Part shown: positions 39,067-52,688 of the stretch, one piece after another
How the letters are laid out: each line of letters begins with the position of its first letter
How positions within the stretch are numbered: the first letter of the stretch is position 1
NCBI RefSeq assembly: GCF_006345805.1
Contig: NC_043003.1
Location: 60,078,001-60,142,000, forward strand
DNA: 64,000 bases
Direction of reading: 5' to 3'
From: Octopus sinensis
Lineage: Eukaryota
Program-made: the position numbers and the translations under genes
The notes under the pieces: generated by a model
The model's database searches: none
Told to the model about the DNA's origin: nothing
What the model saw: only the letters and a program-made list of their open reading frames with translations

Positions 39067-42000
39067 TATATATATATATATATATATATACACACAAAGA
39101 CCGACAGACAGGGAAAGACATACTTGAGAGTAACTGATCAGCTAGATACAGTAACTTAATACAGGTCCATATTCGAAGGCTTGTCTCTGTCTAGCGAAGG
39201 ACTTGTGTAACAGTACATCTCTACATTCATTTGTATAAGAGTGGCATTTCGTTCAATAGGCGTGTATTTAGACCAGGAGGTGTTTTTGTTGTATGAGTAC
39301 ACGTGTGCCTGAATCAAACTTTATATGTTTTCTTACGTATATAAGTGAGTATTTTGTGGAATCAATATATACGTTCTCGATTGTGTCCGTAACTGCAGCT
39401 ACAATTAATTCTATTATATATATACATATATATTTTTCTTTATTGGGGAACGTCCTCTACTAGAAATGATGTGGCGTGTCCATTGATATACACACACAGA
39501 CACAGACACACAGTCAAGCACTCAAACACACTCTTACACAGATACAAACACACGCACTCACACTCACACACACACACACATATATATACATACATATAAA
39601 TAGAAATATATAAATGTATTTGTATTAGCATATGTGTTTATACGAATATGTTTATGTTTGTATCTGGATACATACATACATACATATATATATATATATA
39701 CATACATATATATATATATATATGCATATACATGTGTCTGCTTCTGAGCATGTTACTGCTTGCGAGTGTATTTTAGTATGTATGTGCCAATATATATACA
39801 GTGTACGCTTATACACATACCCATATATGTACATGTGTGTACACTTACATGTATGTGTTTCTATGTGTATGTGTGTATATATATGTATGTGTGTGTGTGT
39901 GTGTGTGTGTATGTTGATGATTGAACAACAGTCTATTCAGTTGGTTGTAAAAGGAGTGATTATATGTAAACAGGAAAAATCCAGAAAGGGCAGATGAAGA
40001 GAGGAACGGTAGATAAAAATCCCACGATGTCATGACTACACTGAACGCTTCTGGCGTGTAAGCCTTTGCTATGTAATAACTAATAGAATGCGTATAACGA
40101 AGCTAATAGAATTGACATTTGCTGCAGTACAGAAGACATGGTTGCTGCCAGCCCGAAAAATTAACATGCAGAAATCTACAACGAATGCCTCCAGATACCC
40201 GTATCAGCCTACAATTAGAGTAATAATGTGATTTCAAATCTTGCAACTGCAGTAAAGACAATCGTGAGTCATTTTTTCTTGTCTTTCTTTACTTAGTTTA
40301 TATATTTTTTTTTTTTTTACTTTCTCATTTGTGTCCCTCTTTCTTTCTTTCCTTTTTTCTTTCTTTCACATTTTTTTTCTTTTATTTATTTAGTTTACTG
40401 TTATTTTTCCGTTTTCAAAATTTTTTCCCCTAAGGAGATATAGCGACACAATTCCAACAAGAATCTGTAGCGGATGGAATATTTCAGACAAGTTCAAAAG
40501 TTCTATTTTTGGTATAAAATTAGGGCATTCGAAAGTAATATATTATCTTTAGAATGGTGAGGGTTTTTAGAGCAAAAAAAAAAAAAAAAAAAAAACAGAA
40601 AGAAAGAAGAAAAAAGAAAGTAAGAAAAAGGAAAAAGTATATTATTTGGTTTATTGTGAAAGTTGAGCTGTTGTATTTGATTCTTGGTCGGTGTGAAATC
40701 ACTTCGCTTATGCTGCAGAACGTTCTTGCTAAATTAAGTATGGATATCACTGCATACCATTTCTCATTGTCTGAAAATTAGAAGAACTTATAGCTAATCA
40801 ATAGAAGCTAATAGTTTAATCGCGTGTGCTTGTGTGTGCATGTGTTTGCATGCGCATGCATCTGTGTGTGTGCGTGTACGTCAGAGAATGAGACCTAATT
40901 CTTTACATTGGCCAAAAGCGCATCGAGATTTCAGTCACCGATTTGTAATTTTCTTTTGTTGTCTTTTAACTAGGCCATTAATGCTTATAGGGGAAAATAT
41001 AACAATTACGTCTGTAATTTATTCGTCTGATGACAAGATCTCTACGTGGTCTCATGACCTTCTAGAAATACTAGTTTAATCGCCTTCAAAGTGTATTCTA
41101 CCGCCTTAGTTTAGACAAAGATAAATCGGATAACGTAGTGTTAGGATAACCCTTAAAATCTCGGGTTGATTACGGAAGAACATCTTTAATCGTAAGTCGA
41201 TTCTGTCTAAAAAGCAACAACCCGTCCATTAATTATAGAGCAAAAAAAAAAATCAATGTTTGACATGATAAATACTACATATGATATGCGTTCCCAAGAT
41301 GGATATCAAGCTCTCGATTGGCCTTCATCTCTGATATGAGATTGATTCTCGGTTGAATATTTTACTTAACACACTAGGACGAGTCCTATATGGTCGACGA
41401 GAATAGCTTAGAGAGAAGTGTACTCAGTCCTATTTATTCTAGGTACACATCACCCTTATAAAAAAAAAAATAATAAATCCCGACGTAGTGACTTAATGAC
41501 CCATTAAAGATTTCGGTGCGTTTCATTTTCCATTTAAATTTCTTACCGAATTATATCCCAGTGGACGTTTGTTAATATATGAAGCGTGAAAAATCTTAAT
41601 TGTGATGAAATTTCTAGAAAATTAATCACAACTCTCTAATTGTGAAATTAATTAACATACTGGTTCTACTAACTTAATGAATTATGTCATTTTTCTCTCT
41701 ACCAATATAAAAGCTCGATTAAATCCTAATTTGTGGTGGTAATTTTAAATTTATTGGCTTTAATGTTATGAAGGGAGATACAAATTGCTTTAACATATAA
41801 CATTCATGTCAGAAAATAGAGTGATTAAAAGTTGGTAGCTTTTGTATATTGATTTCTTCTATCTAGTAACAAGGCTAAAAATTTTGCATCAGTAAACGCA
41901 TAGATAATTGAATGGAATCCAGCATATAACTGGTACGTGTTTTCATTAATTTTCTATGATAGAAAAAAAATTTAACTACACACGATTTGCAGTGAGAACC

Positions 42001-42356
42001 TAATAATAAAAAGATACATCCAGACGTCACACGTAAGTCTGTACGTTCTGGCAAAGTGCACAATACTTTAGGTAAGTGCCGGCTCGCCGCCTTAAAATGT
42101 TTTTAAATGTATTGTCGTATAATGTTTCTAACATCTTACAGCAGCACCTATTGTTGAATTTTTTTAGTCAACGACCAAATGGAAGAATGTTTAAAAGAGT
42201 TCGTGCAAATATGTATGAATAAGACCATATGACAATTAATGAACAGAATGATTCCACCAATAATAAAACCAAATGATGAAAAGGTTTTGAATGAAATGCA
42301 GTCACAATATTACGAGGAGAGGGAAATAATTTAGACACTAATATTAGAAACTCATA

Positions 42357-42574
42357 AGGCGGCGAGCTGGCAGAAACGTTAGCACGCCGGGCGAAATGCT
42401 TAGCAGTATTTCGTTTGTCGTTACGTTCGTAGTTCGAATTCCGCCGAGGTCGACTTTGCCTTTCGTCCTTTCGGGGTCGTTAACTTAAGTACCAGTGGTG
42501 CACTGGGGTCGATCTAATCGACTGGAACCTTCCTTAAAATTTCGAGCCCTGTGCCTAGAGTAGAAAATAATATT
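42357..42574 (+). mobile_element. SINE family C, monomeric full-length copy
   Basis: GGCGGCGAGCTGGCAGAAACGTTAGCACGCCGGGCG..GTTCGAATTCC..TGTGCCTAGAGTAGAAAA. Confidence 0.9.
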
Positions 42575-42894
42575 AGACATTTATATGTGCTGCTAACACC
42601 GTTATATTATGTAGAGTTGAGGACCACAATATACACGATGTATCGAATTATCTCTGATCTGATTTCATTTTCCCACTTGCCAGTTTCATAATCACTAGAA
42701 TTTTGATACCAATCTAAGAACTGGTTTATTTCTCTCTATATTTGAAACTTTGTAAGCTCATTTAGATGAAATATATTTTAGCTTTATTATGAAACAAGCT
42801 GACTCCAGAGTCATACACATTTACAGGATTTCGTTATAACTCAGTATTACTACCAAGACTTTGTGAACCGATGATCTTTGTATCTCCTCTCTTG

Positions 42895-43070
42895 TTTCAT
42901 AGCATATCCATGCCGTTGACGAATCATGTCTTGTTCCTCCTCCATTTATGTCTGTCTCTCGCAACATCACCCAAGTGTTTCTCTCTCCGGACGTTCATTT
43001 CTCGCTCCGAATATCTTGATTCTCTGCTTTCCTCTCGCTCTCCTTCGCACCAGCACAGTCTACACTATCT
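42895..43070 (-). mobile_element. Probable RTE-like LINE 3' coding remnant
   Basis: Minus-strand RRRARGKQRIK and DVARDRHKWR (cf. G.R.RGR.R and A.DR..WR). Confidence 0.45.
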
Positions 43071-43239
43071 TTGTATACTAACATTAAAAAAGGAAAGGAG
43101 CGCATTTAGTCAACTATCATTGCAATTTATTGCTTGCAGTACAATATTTGCTCCTCCGTATTTACTTGTTGCATATCGTTTCCACAAAGGTCAGCCGGAT
43201 CCACCACCCTTCATCGTTTTGTACAATTAGGAAACAATA

Positions 43240-43335
43240 TAAGTACTGGGGTCGATTCATTCGGCTAGAAATTCTGCAAAGCGGTGCCCCAGCATGACCG
43301 CAGACTAATGACTGAAACAAGTGAAAACAAAAAGA
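43240..43335 (+). mobile_element. SINE tail (family A type)
   Basis: TGGGGTCGATT..GCGGTGCCCCAGCATGACCGCAG..TGACTGAAACAAGT. Confidence 0.8.
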
Positions 43336-43552
43336 GAACGATAAGCTATATTATCACGAGGCCTTAATCCTTCACATTTGCAATCGACTTGCAGATGCAA
43401 ATGATAAATATAAACCATATGTTTATAAGGATAAACCATAAACCAATGTGGCGTTAGAATTGCTTGTACTACAGTGCAAGCCATAGAAAGCAATTGTGCA
43501 GTCCTTTCTATTTAAATACACACACACACACACATATATATGCAAATACATT

Positions 43553-44066
<514 letters not shown>

Positions 44067-44924
44067 ATAATAAATTTATTCGTGTATATTGCGAGTAATT
44101 TAACACAGAGATCAGAGTAAAGTATGTGATGGATGTAGTACCATAATCAAGTCTTAAAAAGAAAAGTTTAGAAGATAAAACACTTTACTCTTTTGATAAA
44201 GTAAAAAGAAAAATTTGGAGTCACCTTAAGTTAATGATAGCATTTTCCTTGAGGAAATATCGTATATTTGTATAAAACTATGTTTATAGGATAATGTTGA
44301 TGTTTTGTTGTTTTTACCAAGCAAATATGCTTCTACACAAAAATGGGTTTGTATTTCATTTAGTAACTCCGCGATTCGGTCTCAGTGCAAGCCTCTGAAT
44401 AAATATATCTATCACAACCTCGGTTCAGCCAAAATCTGTGAATGAAATTTGCTAGGCAGGTGTTGTGTGGAGACCGATCGGGGGTGGGGACTGATACTTT
44501 TAGATCGTAGAATTAATTATTTGCTTTATTTCACAATGTTACTTCCCCCTTAGTGCTTGAACAGAGCTCATTTTGTTACAAGCATTAGAGCCTTATCTTT
44601 CAGAACCTGAATAGTGATGTGAATGCTGATCTTCTTCTGACTAAATTATGTAAAGAAATCAGGACTGTGTTCACTCTATATGCTTTTTTACCCAATTCTT
44701 ACTTAAGCCTTACTGTCTACACGGGCATAGGATATCGAAGACTTTTCGCCACTCTTTTATTTACTTCTCTTGCGTTGTATAACGGCTGTTGCAGTTTTGA
44801 CTTTCGAATTTTTGCTGCATCACGCCACATATTTCCATGAGGAAAAGCCTACCTCTCCCAAGTCCAGTTGCTTTTGAATTGTCATCGACTCTTGCATAAC
44901 TTTACATTTTCTTATAAAAGGATT

Positions 44925-45105
44925 GGCCTTACGCAGACCCACTTTTAACTCTGAGAAGAGTGTTGGATGAGGTCGATATTAGTCTGACCTCTATCAGTTT
45001 ACCTATCCAGCATGTGTGGCCCTTTCTAGAGCTTGCCTCCTGCTGGCATAACTCTCAGAGCCACTGAGACGAACAAAACACCTCATCGCAGCAAGCATTG
45101 GACAT
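44925..45105 (-). mobile_element. Probable RTE-clade 5' UTR remnant
   Basis: Minus-strand CTTGCTGCGATGAGG..CTGAGAGTTATGCCAGCAGGAG..AGGGCCACACATGCTGGATAGGT..GAGGTCAGAC resembles RTE/BovB-type 5' UTRs as I recall them. Confidence 0.5.
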
Positions 45106-46491
45106 TGTAACGGTATGTGTTTCCTTATTTTGGTTAAGCTTCCATATTGTTATATAGATGCATTTGAGAGGTCAAGGGAGCGAAGCAAATACATGCGCAC
45201 ATATGTGAGCGTGTGAATGTATACGTTCGTGCGTGTGTATGTGTGAGAGTGTTTTGTGTGTGTATGTGTGTGTGTGCATGTGCGTGTATGTTTGCGTGCA
45301 CGTACTGTGTTTGAATATGAAATAGATGCTTTACATAGAAATAGTTGATTCTGTAATATAAATAACAGGAAATATTCGACTTGAAAGCATGCGTCCAGTG
45401 TTGAAGTATTCTTGAATCTGTAAAGTTATGTATTTAATTCCAGAAATAAATGATGAATAAATGTGACATTTTATTTTCTCTGTAATACACGTCCTCACTT
45501 TGGAAAATCACTGTCATCATACGTTGATTTCCATTATCTTAATTGGAATGTTGAGTAAGCATTGCCGCTGCCGCGCGTTTAGCGGTGTTGTAACACTCCT
45601 CCATTATCACTACTCTTCGCCAACATCACACAAAGACAGACACTCTCTCTATATATATAACCACGTTCTGTTAAACTATTGGTCAGGGTATGAGGAGATA
45701 TTTCTTCTCAGAAATTGATCGTTGTCATCAATTTCAAAAATTTCCTTTTTCCATTCGCTTGCACATAGAGTCTTCCAAGTCAATCCCCGTCACTGACATA
45801 GTGTTGATGCCAGCTGCCAATTCGAGTCAACGTTCTTCAATGTTGTAGGCCAATTTAATATGTCGGACAATTAACAAGCTGAAAGCTATGCAGTGAGAAT
45901 ATCTAATGCATCTTACTATCTAATCAGAAACTTAATGACATAAGCAGCTGTTAACACTGACCCAACCCCGTCAGCATCGCTATCAAATGAAATATAAAAC
46001 AAACCTTCAAGTGAACTTAAATAACGGCCTTTAATATGGTGAAAAATAAAATGCATGCCATGTTCGAGCATTGCAAAGGCTGTAACCAATTGTCAGCATC
46101 AATATGATACAACATTTTGCGCTTGTATTTAATTCATAGCTTTTAACTGCTTCCTTTCAACTGCACAAACAACGTATCACTAATGCTTTATGGGGTTTTG
46201 TGTCTCAGATGACACAACGCACGAACGACACTTCTGATGTTATGTTTGCGTAAATTTGAAGATTATCTGAAAGTTTTAATAAAAGCATAAAAGCATTCAT
46301 CTATAATAGAAACATGGCGAAATCTATTTGGATTGGTTGATATGGTGGTTACGGAGGTTATTTCGAGAGAAAAATTGATGGACAGGTAGATTTATAGCAT
46401 GTAGCTATGTCGATATTGTGCGGTATGATTTAGACAGGCCGACAAATAGATATGTAAACGTACCTACAAACACCTATGCATATATTATAGA

Positions 46492-46561
<70 letters not shown>

Positions 46562-46906
46562 AGTATATATATATGTATATAAATATAAATGTGCGTGTGT
46601 GTGTGTGTGTGTGCAGAAGACAAAGTTGTTGCCAAAGGGATATGATATGACATTCAAAGCCAGTCTAGATCGATTTGAAGCATCTGCCTCTTTGTTTTCG
46701 TTTAGGTAGAAAGGGTTTACGTCGCTACTGATGTGAAAATTATTTGTGCTGGACAGTATCTTCTGGATTTTTACTAAGTGGCTCAGATCTCATCAAGCGT
46801 CCATTGTTTTATTGAATGAAAAAATTGCATGTATGTATGTATGCATGTATATATGTATTATATTATGTATGTATGGATGGATAGATGTATGTATGTATGG
46901 ATGAAT

Positions 46907-47599
46907 GTCATTATTGAGTTTTATTACAAGATTTCTTGTCAATAAAAAGCCAGTTTCTAACCTAGATCCAATGTTTCTTCATTGGAATTTCAACATCAAC
47001 AACAGAGTATTTTTGTTTGTACGTACATATGTATGTACGTATGTATGTATGTATGTATGTATGTATGTATGTATGTATGTATGTATGTATGTATGTATGT
47101 ATGTATGTATGTATGTATATATGTATGTATGTAATGAGCAGATTTGTGTGCTTTGTTTTATGTGTGTATTCTCATGCGTATAGTTGTATATCTAGACATG
47201 CTCATATATATTTAAATGATAAACTTCTGGAAAGTTTTACAGATTTTTACAGTTCCAGTGATGGATTGGATGTGTAGTCTTCGAATTAGCTTTCTCCTTT
47301 CTGGTTTTGAGAAGTTTAATTTCTCAAGATTGGTATTTAGGCAGTGTGTTACATATTCCAGGGCCTCAATAATTACAGGTATAAACCTAATCTTGTAATC
47401 TAGTTAATGAGTAATTGCAGATTTCTCAATAGTTCAGCGTAGGTATCCTCTTTTACATTCATCGTCAGCTTTATGTTAACATCCACTGGGCAGTTAATTT
47501 CAACAACTGTACACAGTTTCTCTTCTCTCTCTCAAATCATTATATCAGGTCTGTTGTGCTTACATTTTATTGAGGTTTCACTGGGACATTCCCCCAGTA
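46907..47599 (-). mobile_element. R4/Dong-like non-LTR retrotransposon 3' fragment (restriction-like endonuclease and 3' UTR) inside (CATA)n
   Basis: KHNRPDIMI*..VVEINCPVDVNI..KEDTYAELLRNL..FIPVIIEAL (PD..E..P RLE motif); stop near 47212; (TATG)n on both flanks and inside the UTR. Confidence 0.82.
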
Positions 47600-48103
47600 T
47601 GTATGTATGTATGTATGTATGTATGTATGTATGTATGTATGTATGTATGTATGTATGTATGTATGTATGTATGTATGTATGCATGTATGTATGTATGAAT
47701 GTATGTACGTATGTATGTATGTATGTATTATATATGTATGAATGTATGTACGTATGTATGTATTATTTCACTTTTAATGCTATCGAGGTTGTGAAGATAA
47801 GTATGTTGTTTTAACCAAGCTCCTTATAATCTTAAGAAGGCCCTGCAGAATTTTATAGTCGTCACAGATACGATGATCATTCGTAGCATATGAATTGAGG
47901 ATCTGCATTCACTTCCCAAGATCTCAAGTTCAGCCATACTTTGCTCAACACGGGTTGGCATGTATCCTTTTGCCCCAATAATAATAGATATGAAGCTGGT
48001 ATATATGTATGTATGTATGTGTATGTATGTATGCCTGTGCGTGAATGCACGTGTGTGTCTGTGTGCGTGCGTGTATGTGTGAGTCCATAAAGATGGCTTT
48101 GTA

Positions 48104-49391
48104 TTAGGTTGGCAACTAAGTTCTCGCCATTTTTAAATTTAAAATTTTAAAAGGTTTAATAAAAAAATAACAACTAATTAATCAATAATGCATTCACGTT
48201 TATTGTTTACAGCTTCTTCCCAACGTTCAACGAGATTTTCAATACTTCATTGGTAGAAATCATCCGATTTCGACTCGAAAAATTGATCCAACCAAGCTCT
48301 CAATTCTGCATCAGTATTGAACGAAACTCCGAGCGTTGCATTTGAAAGGGATCGAAGGAGGTGGAAATCCGTTGGTACCAAATCAGGAGAGTACGGCGGG
48401 TGTGGCAGCACTTCCCAGCCATGCGTTTGAATAGCTTCGTTGGTCATATTGGCGATATGAGGGCGGGCGTTGTCGTGCAGCAGAAGAATTCCATGCTGCC
48501 GATTAGGACTTTTCTCTTGAATAGCCGTGTTGAGTTGTTCCATCTGTTGAACATAGAGTTCCGTGTTGACCATTTGGTTCCGTTCAAGCAATTCGTGATG
48601 GCTAATCCCTTCCCAGTCCCACCATATGCACAACATTATTTTACGCGGATGAAGATCTTGTTTCACGCGCGGTGTCGCTTGTTTACAGGGGTTAAGCCAT
48701 TCCTTACGCTGTTTCATATTGATGTTCAAACACCATTTTTCGTCGCCAGCAACGATTCGGTAAAGAAATCGTTGTTTGTGTCCATGAGTTGAGCGCTAAC
48801 GAGCAAACAAACAAGCGGAGATTGTGGCTCGTTGATTTTTGTTGTTGTCACTTAAAGCCTGCGGAACCCATGCGCCATACTTCTGAACCTTTCCCCTCGT
48901 GTGAAGATGCTTCTCTATAGCAGTGTGGGAGCATTCCATTCTCTCTGCCAGTTGCCTTGTCGTCTGACGAGAATTTTCGTGCAAAAAGTTGGTTTAATCG
49001 CTTTTCATCGAACTCAATTGGACGGCTAGAACGAGGTGCGTCTTTGAGGTTAAAATTTCCATTTTTGAACTTGGCATACCAATCACGAGCGGTTCTTTCA
49101 GCTATAGCACCCTCTCCATACACAGTACAAATGTCGCGAGCAGCTTTTGCAGCCTTAGAACCTTGATTAAAAGCAAAAGGAAGGAGGTGTCGAAAATGCT
49201 CATTTACGTTAACTTCAAATTCCATTTTAATGACCTGAAAATAAGCAAAAAATAACTAAAATTAAGTAGAGAAAAAAAAGATTCCAAAATGAATCAAAAA
49301 TAAAATCCTCGAAAAAAATAGATTCCAAAATTTAAAAAAGTGCTAAATTCCAAAATTAAAAAAAACTGCGGGAACTTAGTTGCTAACCCAA
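48104..49391 (-). mobile_element. Full-length mariner DNA transposon (1288 bp), mellifera-subfamily-like
   Basis: TA duplication at 48102-48103 and 49392-49393; TIRs TTAGGTTGGCAACTAAGTTCTCGC / TTGGGTTAGCAACTAAGTTCCCGC. Confidence 0.95.
48178..49225 (-). pseudogene. Mariner DD34D transposase pseudogene
   Basis: HTH region, WVPQAL, GDEKW, HDNARPH, YSPDLVPTD with 34 residues between second and third D; one frameshift near 48985, stops at 48796 and 48247. Confidence 0.95.
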
Positions 49392-50717
49392 TACAAAGAA
49401 AGAAAGCCTAGTCGGAATGCTTGTAAGAGGGTAGTCCAGATGATGTTAAACAACGTAACTAAATATGACTATTACCTCCCATATCAGACTTGTTTTTGTG
49501 CAATTGCCCATCAAATGGTTTCTTTTGAATTATATTTGTTGAAGGAAACATTTTCCTATTTTTATGAGATACTACGCAATGGAAACGAACTTGGGTCCAA
49601 ATTGTATTGTCGTTCAAACTTCTATGTTTTTTTTATGATAATGATCACTGTTATAAATATTCTGTGGAAATAGACAGGGTTAGAGGAAAAAATAGGGACT
49701 GAAGGAAGGTGAAATAATCTATTAATGGCGATTATAAGAAGTGGTCTCTCTGTTTGGACTTAATCTCCCAAAGAAAACGGTGAGAACTTTTCTCGAAATT
49801 TTCATTTCTGTACTTATACACACACACTGACACACACACACACACGTACGTGCATGCATACTTACACACATGCATGCATGCATACATGCATGCATGCATA
49901 CATGCATGCATACATACATGCATACATACATACATACATAAATACATACATACATACATACATACATACATACATACATACAAACATACAAGAGCTTTGT
50001 GACTATTGATGTATAACAACATTCGATATCCTGGTCGATACTGTGATATGCACACACAAATACCTATACATACACACTCACACACACGCGCTCACACACG
50101 TATATGTATATACATGTGAGTTTTGGGAAAACAAATTTGTTCCGATTTATAGCAAGTTGAATATAAAAGAGGTTCATTTGAAATATGTAGTGTTATTCTG
50201 ATACAAATACATAAGCAAACCTATTGCATATTCTATAGGCTGAAAAGAAATTACACATCGCTTCAGGTGTCAATTAGCTTAAAAAGAAGAGAATTCTTCG
50301 TAAAGAAACAGTGGATAAGATGAAAATATATTCACATTTACGATTTGTAATGACTGACAATAATTCTCAATGGAACCAATTTGATTTCTTTAACAAAAAT
50401 GTTTATTGGAAATAAAAAATATTTTGAAACAATTCGTAGCTGTACCTTTAAGCTAAAGGAACGAAATGAGGAAAATGATAAACGGCTTTTTTACTCCCTA
50501 CCTCTGTATCACTAAATTATTAACCAACATAGTAAACTGGCTGTATCATTAATAATGTGAAGTTGTTATATATAACTTCTAATGCAAACTTGCTTAATTT
50601 ATCAAGGTTTTCTTCGCTGCAACTAGTATTTCTAAATATATAAATACCAGCTCAGAGACAAACGCTCAGATAGAAATAATATCATAATATACATTTTTAT
50701 AATTAGTTAGCAATCAG

Positions 50718-51215
50718 TTGGTGAGCTGGCAGAATCGTTAGCACACTGGGAAAAATACTTGGCGGCATTTCGTTCTTCATTACGTTCTGAGTTCAAATTC
50801 CACCGATGTTGACTTTACCTTTCATCCTTTAATTATGTCCCTTTTACATTCTATGTTCAAATTTCGTCAAGGTCTCGTGTTTCCGAATCGATAAAATGAA
50901 ACTTATAATTAAGTACGGTAATGCGATTTAATCATTTAAATTCTTTCCTTGCTAATGTATTGCCGTTGTATGAATGTTAGAAATCAGTAATTAATTACCG
51001 AATTAGGCGGAGTGCCATTAGAATCGTTACCATGCTGGGCCAAATGCTGAGCAGCATTTCGTCTATCTTTACGTTCTGCGTTCATTTTTATCCCGAGCTC
51101 CGCTTTGCTTTTCATCCTTTCGGGTTTGACAAAACAAGTATCTGTTGCGGACTAGGGTCGAAGTAATCGACAAATCCCCCTTCCTCGAACTTACTAACTT
51201 TATACCAATAATTGC
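50718..51215 (+). mobile_element. Two diverged SINE family C copies (about 50718-50900 and 51005-51215)
   Basis: GAGCTGGCAGAATCGTTAGCA..TTACGTTCTG..CTTTCATCCTTT. Confidence 0.75.
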
Positions 51216-51668
51216 AACCATTAGTTAAGTATTGAATATTTAGCTTCTTGATCAAAAGTGAGTTATTACGAAAACATAAAAAGAAAGAGGTTTTTAGGGA
51301 GCAGGATTACAGAGAAAATGTTATTTATTATTAATATGTAATTGAAATAAAGTAGAAGTACAAAAAGATGCAAGATTTTTCAAAGTCTGACACGCAACTC
51401 TTATCTTTCGTGTTATCCAAATTTTGACGAAAGAGCTTTGGGATTTGTTTTATAGAAATCAGTTCTTTCATTTGTTGGGAGAATTCTCATAAAGATTCCT
51501 TATCGTAGCAGAAGTCCGGTAGTTTTAATGGGAATAGGGTTAGTCGATTACATCGACCCCAGTGCTTAGATGGTACACCTTCTCTTCAACTTACGACCAA
51601 GTTTCTTTCCGACTGACAGGTCGTAAATCGATCTGGTCGTATGTCGGATTTATATTATTCAACACTAG

Positions 51669-52042
51669 AACCACATGGTTCTAGGTTCAGTCCTACTGAG
51701 TGGTAACTTGGGCAAGTGTCTTCTTCTATAGCATTGTGAGTGGATTTGGTAGACGGAAACTGAAAGAAACCTGTCGTATATATGTATATATATATGTATG
51801 TGTGTGTATATGTTTGTATGTCTGTGTTTGTCTCCCCTCCAACATCGCTTGACAATCGATGCTGGTGTGTTTACGCCTCCGTAACTTAGCGGTTCGGCGA
51901 AAACAAAACGATAGAATAGGTACTAGGCTTACAAAGAATAAGTCCCGGGATCGATTTTCTCAACTAAAGGCGGTACTCCAGCCAAATGATTGAAACAAGT
52001 AAAAAAGTAAAAAAAAAAGAGTAAAACAGATTAAAAAAGAGT
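51669..52042 (+). mobile_element. SINE family A
   Basis: Partial head, body, internal microsatellite and tail. Confidence 0.88.
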
Positions 52043-52427
52043 ATATTTATTCAAACGAAACTGATGCTTGAAAGCGACTGAGTAAGATATAGTGGCAAGC
52101 AGTGGATGCTGGGGCTGAGGGAGGCCTGCTTTGTCAAATGCTGCCATAGTTATCGTACACGCAGGTACCCAACGTCCGAAAATCGATTTATTTATTTATT
52201 TTTGTATTCATTTATTCTTTGTGGCCGTAAGTGCAGATGGTTATCAGTCGCATAGGCCGTAAGTTGAGTAGATGGTGTACTTCTTGTATCGACACCGAAA
52301 GGATGACTGTCGAATTTACACTCAAAACAGAAAGAGCGAGAAGAAGTGCCGCTAAACATTTTGTGCGCCGCGCTATGTATACGGCCGTCTCACCATCTTA
52401 CGAATAGTTCTAATGAGGAGATGACCC

Positions 52428-52675
52428 ACTTCGCTCATGAATGATCATGGGATTGAACCTAGAAAGTTACCCTCTGGGGCACAGTCAGGGTAAGTTTGTT
52501 TATGGAAGGCCAGTGGTCGTTCATGCATACCAGCCTCCCCTCTCCAAGCCACTGATGTTATCCAAGGGAAAGGCAAAGGCTGATACTGCTCGGCAGCAGT
52601 GTTGTCGCAACTCATTTCTACAGCTGATTTAACTAGAACAACATGAAATAAAGTGTCTTGCTGAAGAACACAACA
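52428..52675 (-). mobile_element. SINE group B, tail type 3, head lost at (TA)n
   Basis: Reverse complement of 24640-24880. Confidence 0.85.
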
Positions 52676-52688
52676 TATATATATATAT

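Noticed and set aside
48361-49166. Plus-strand ORFs of 143 aa and 69 aa
   Set aside because: Antisense shadows of the mariner transposase
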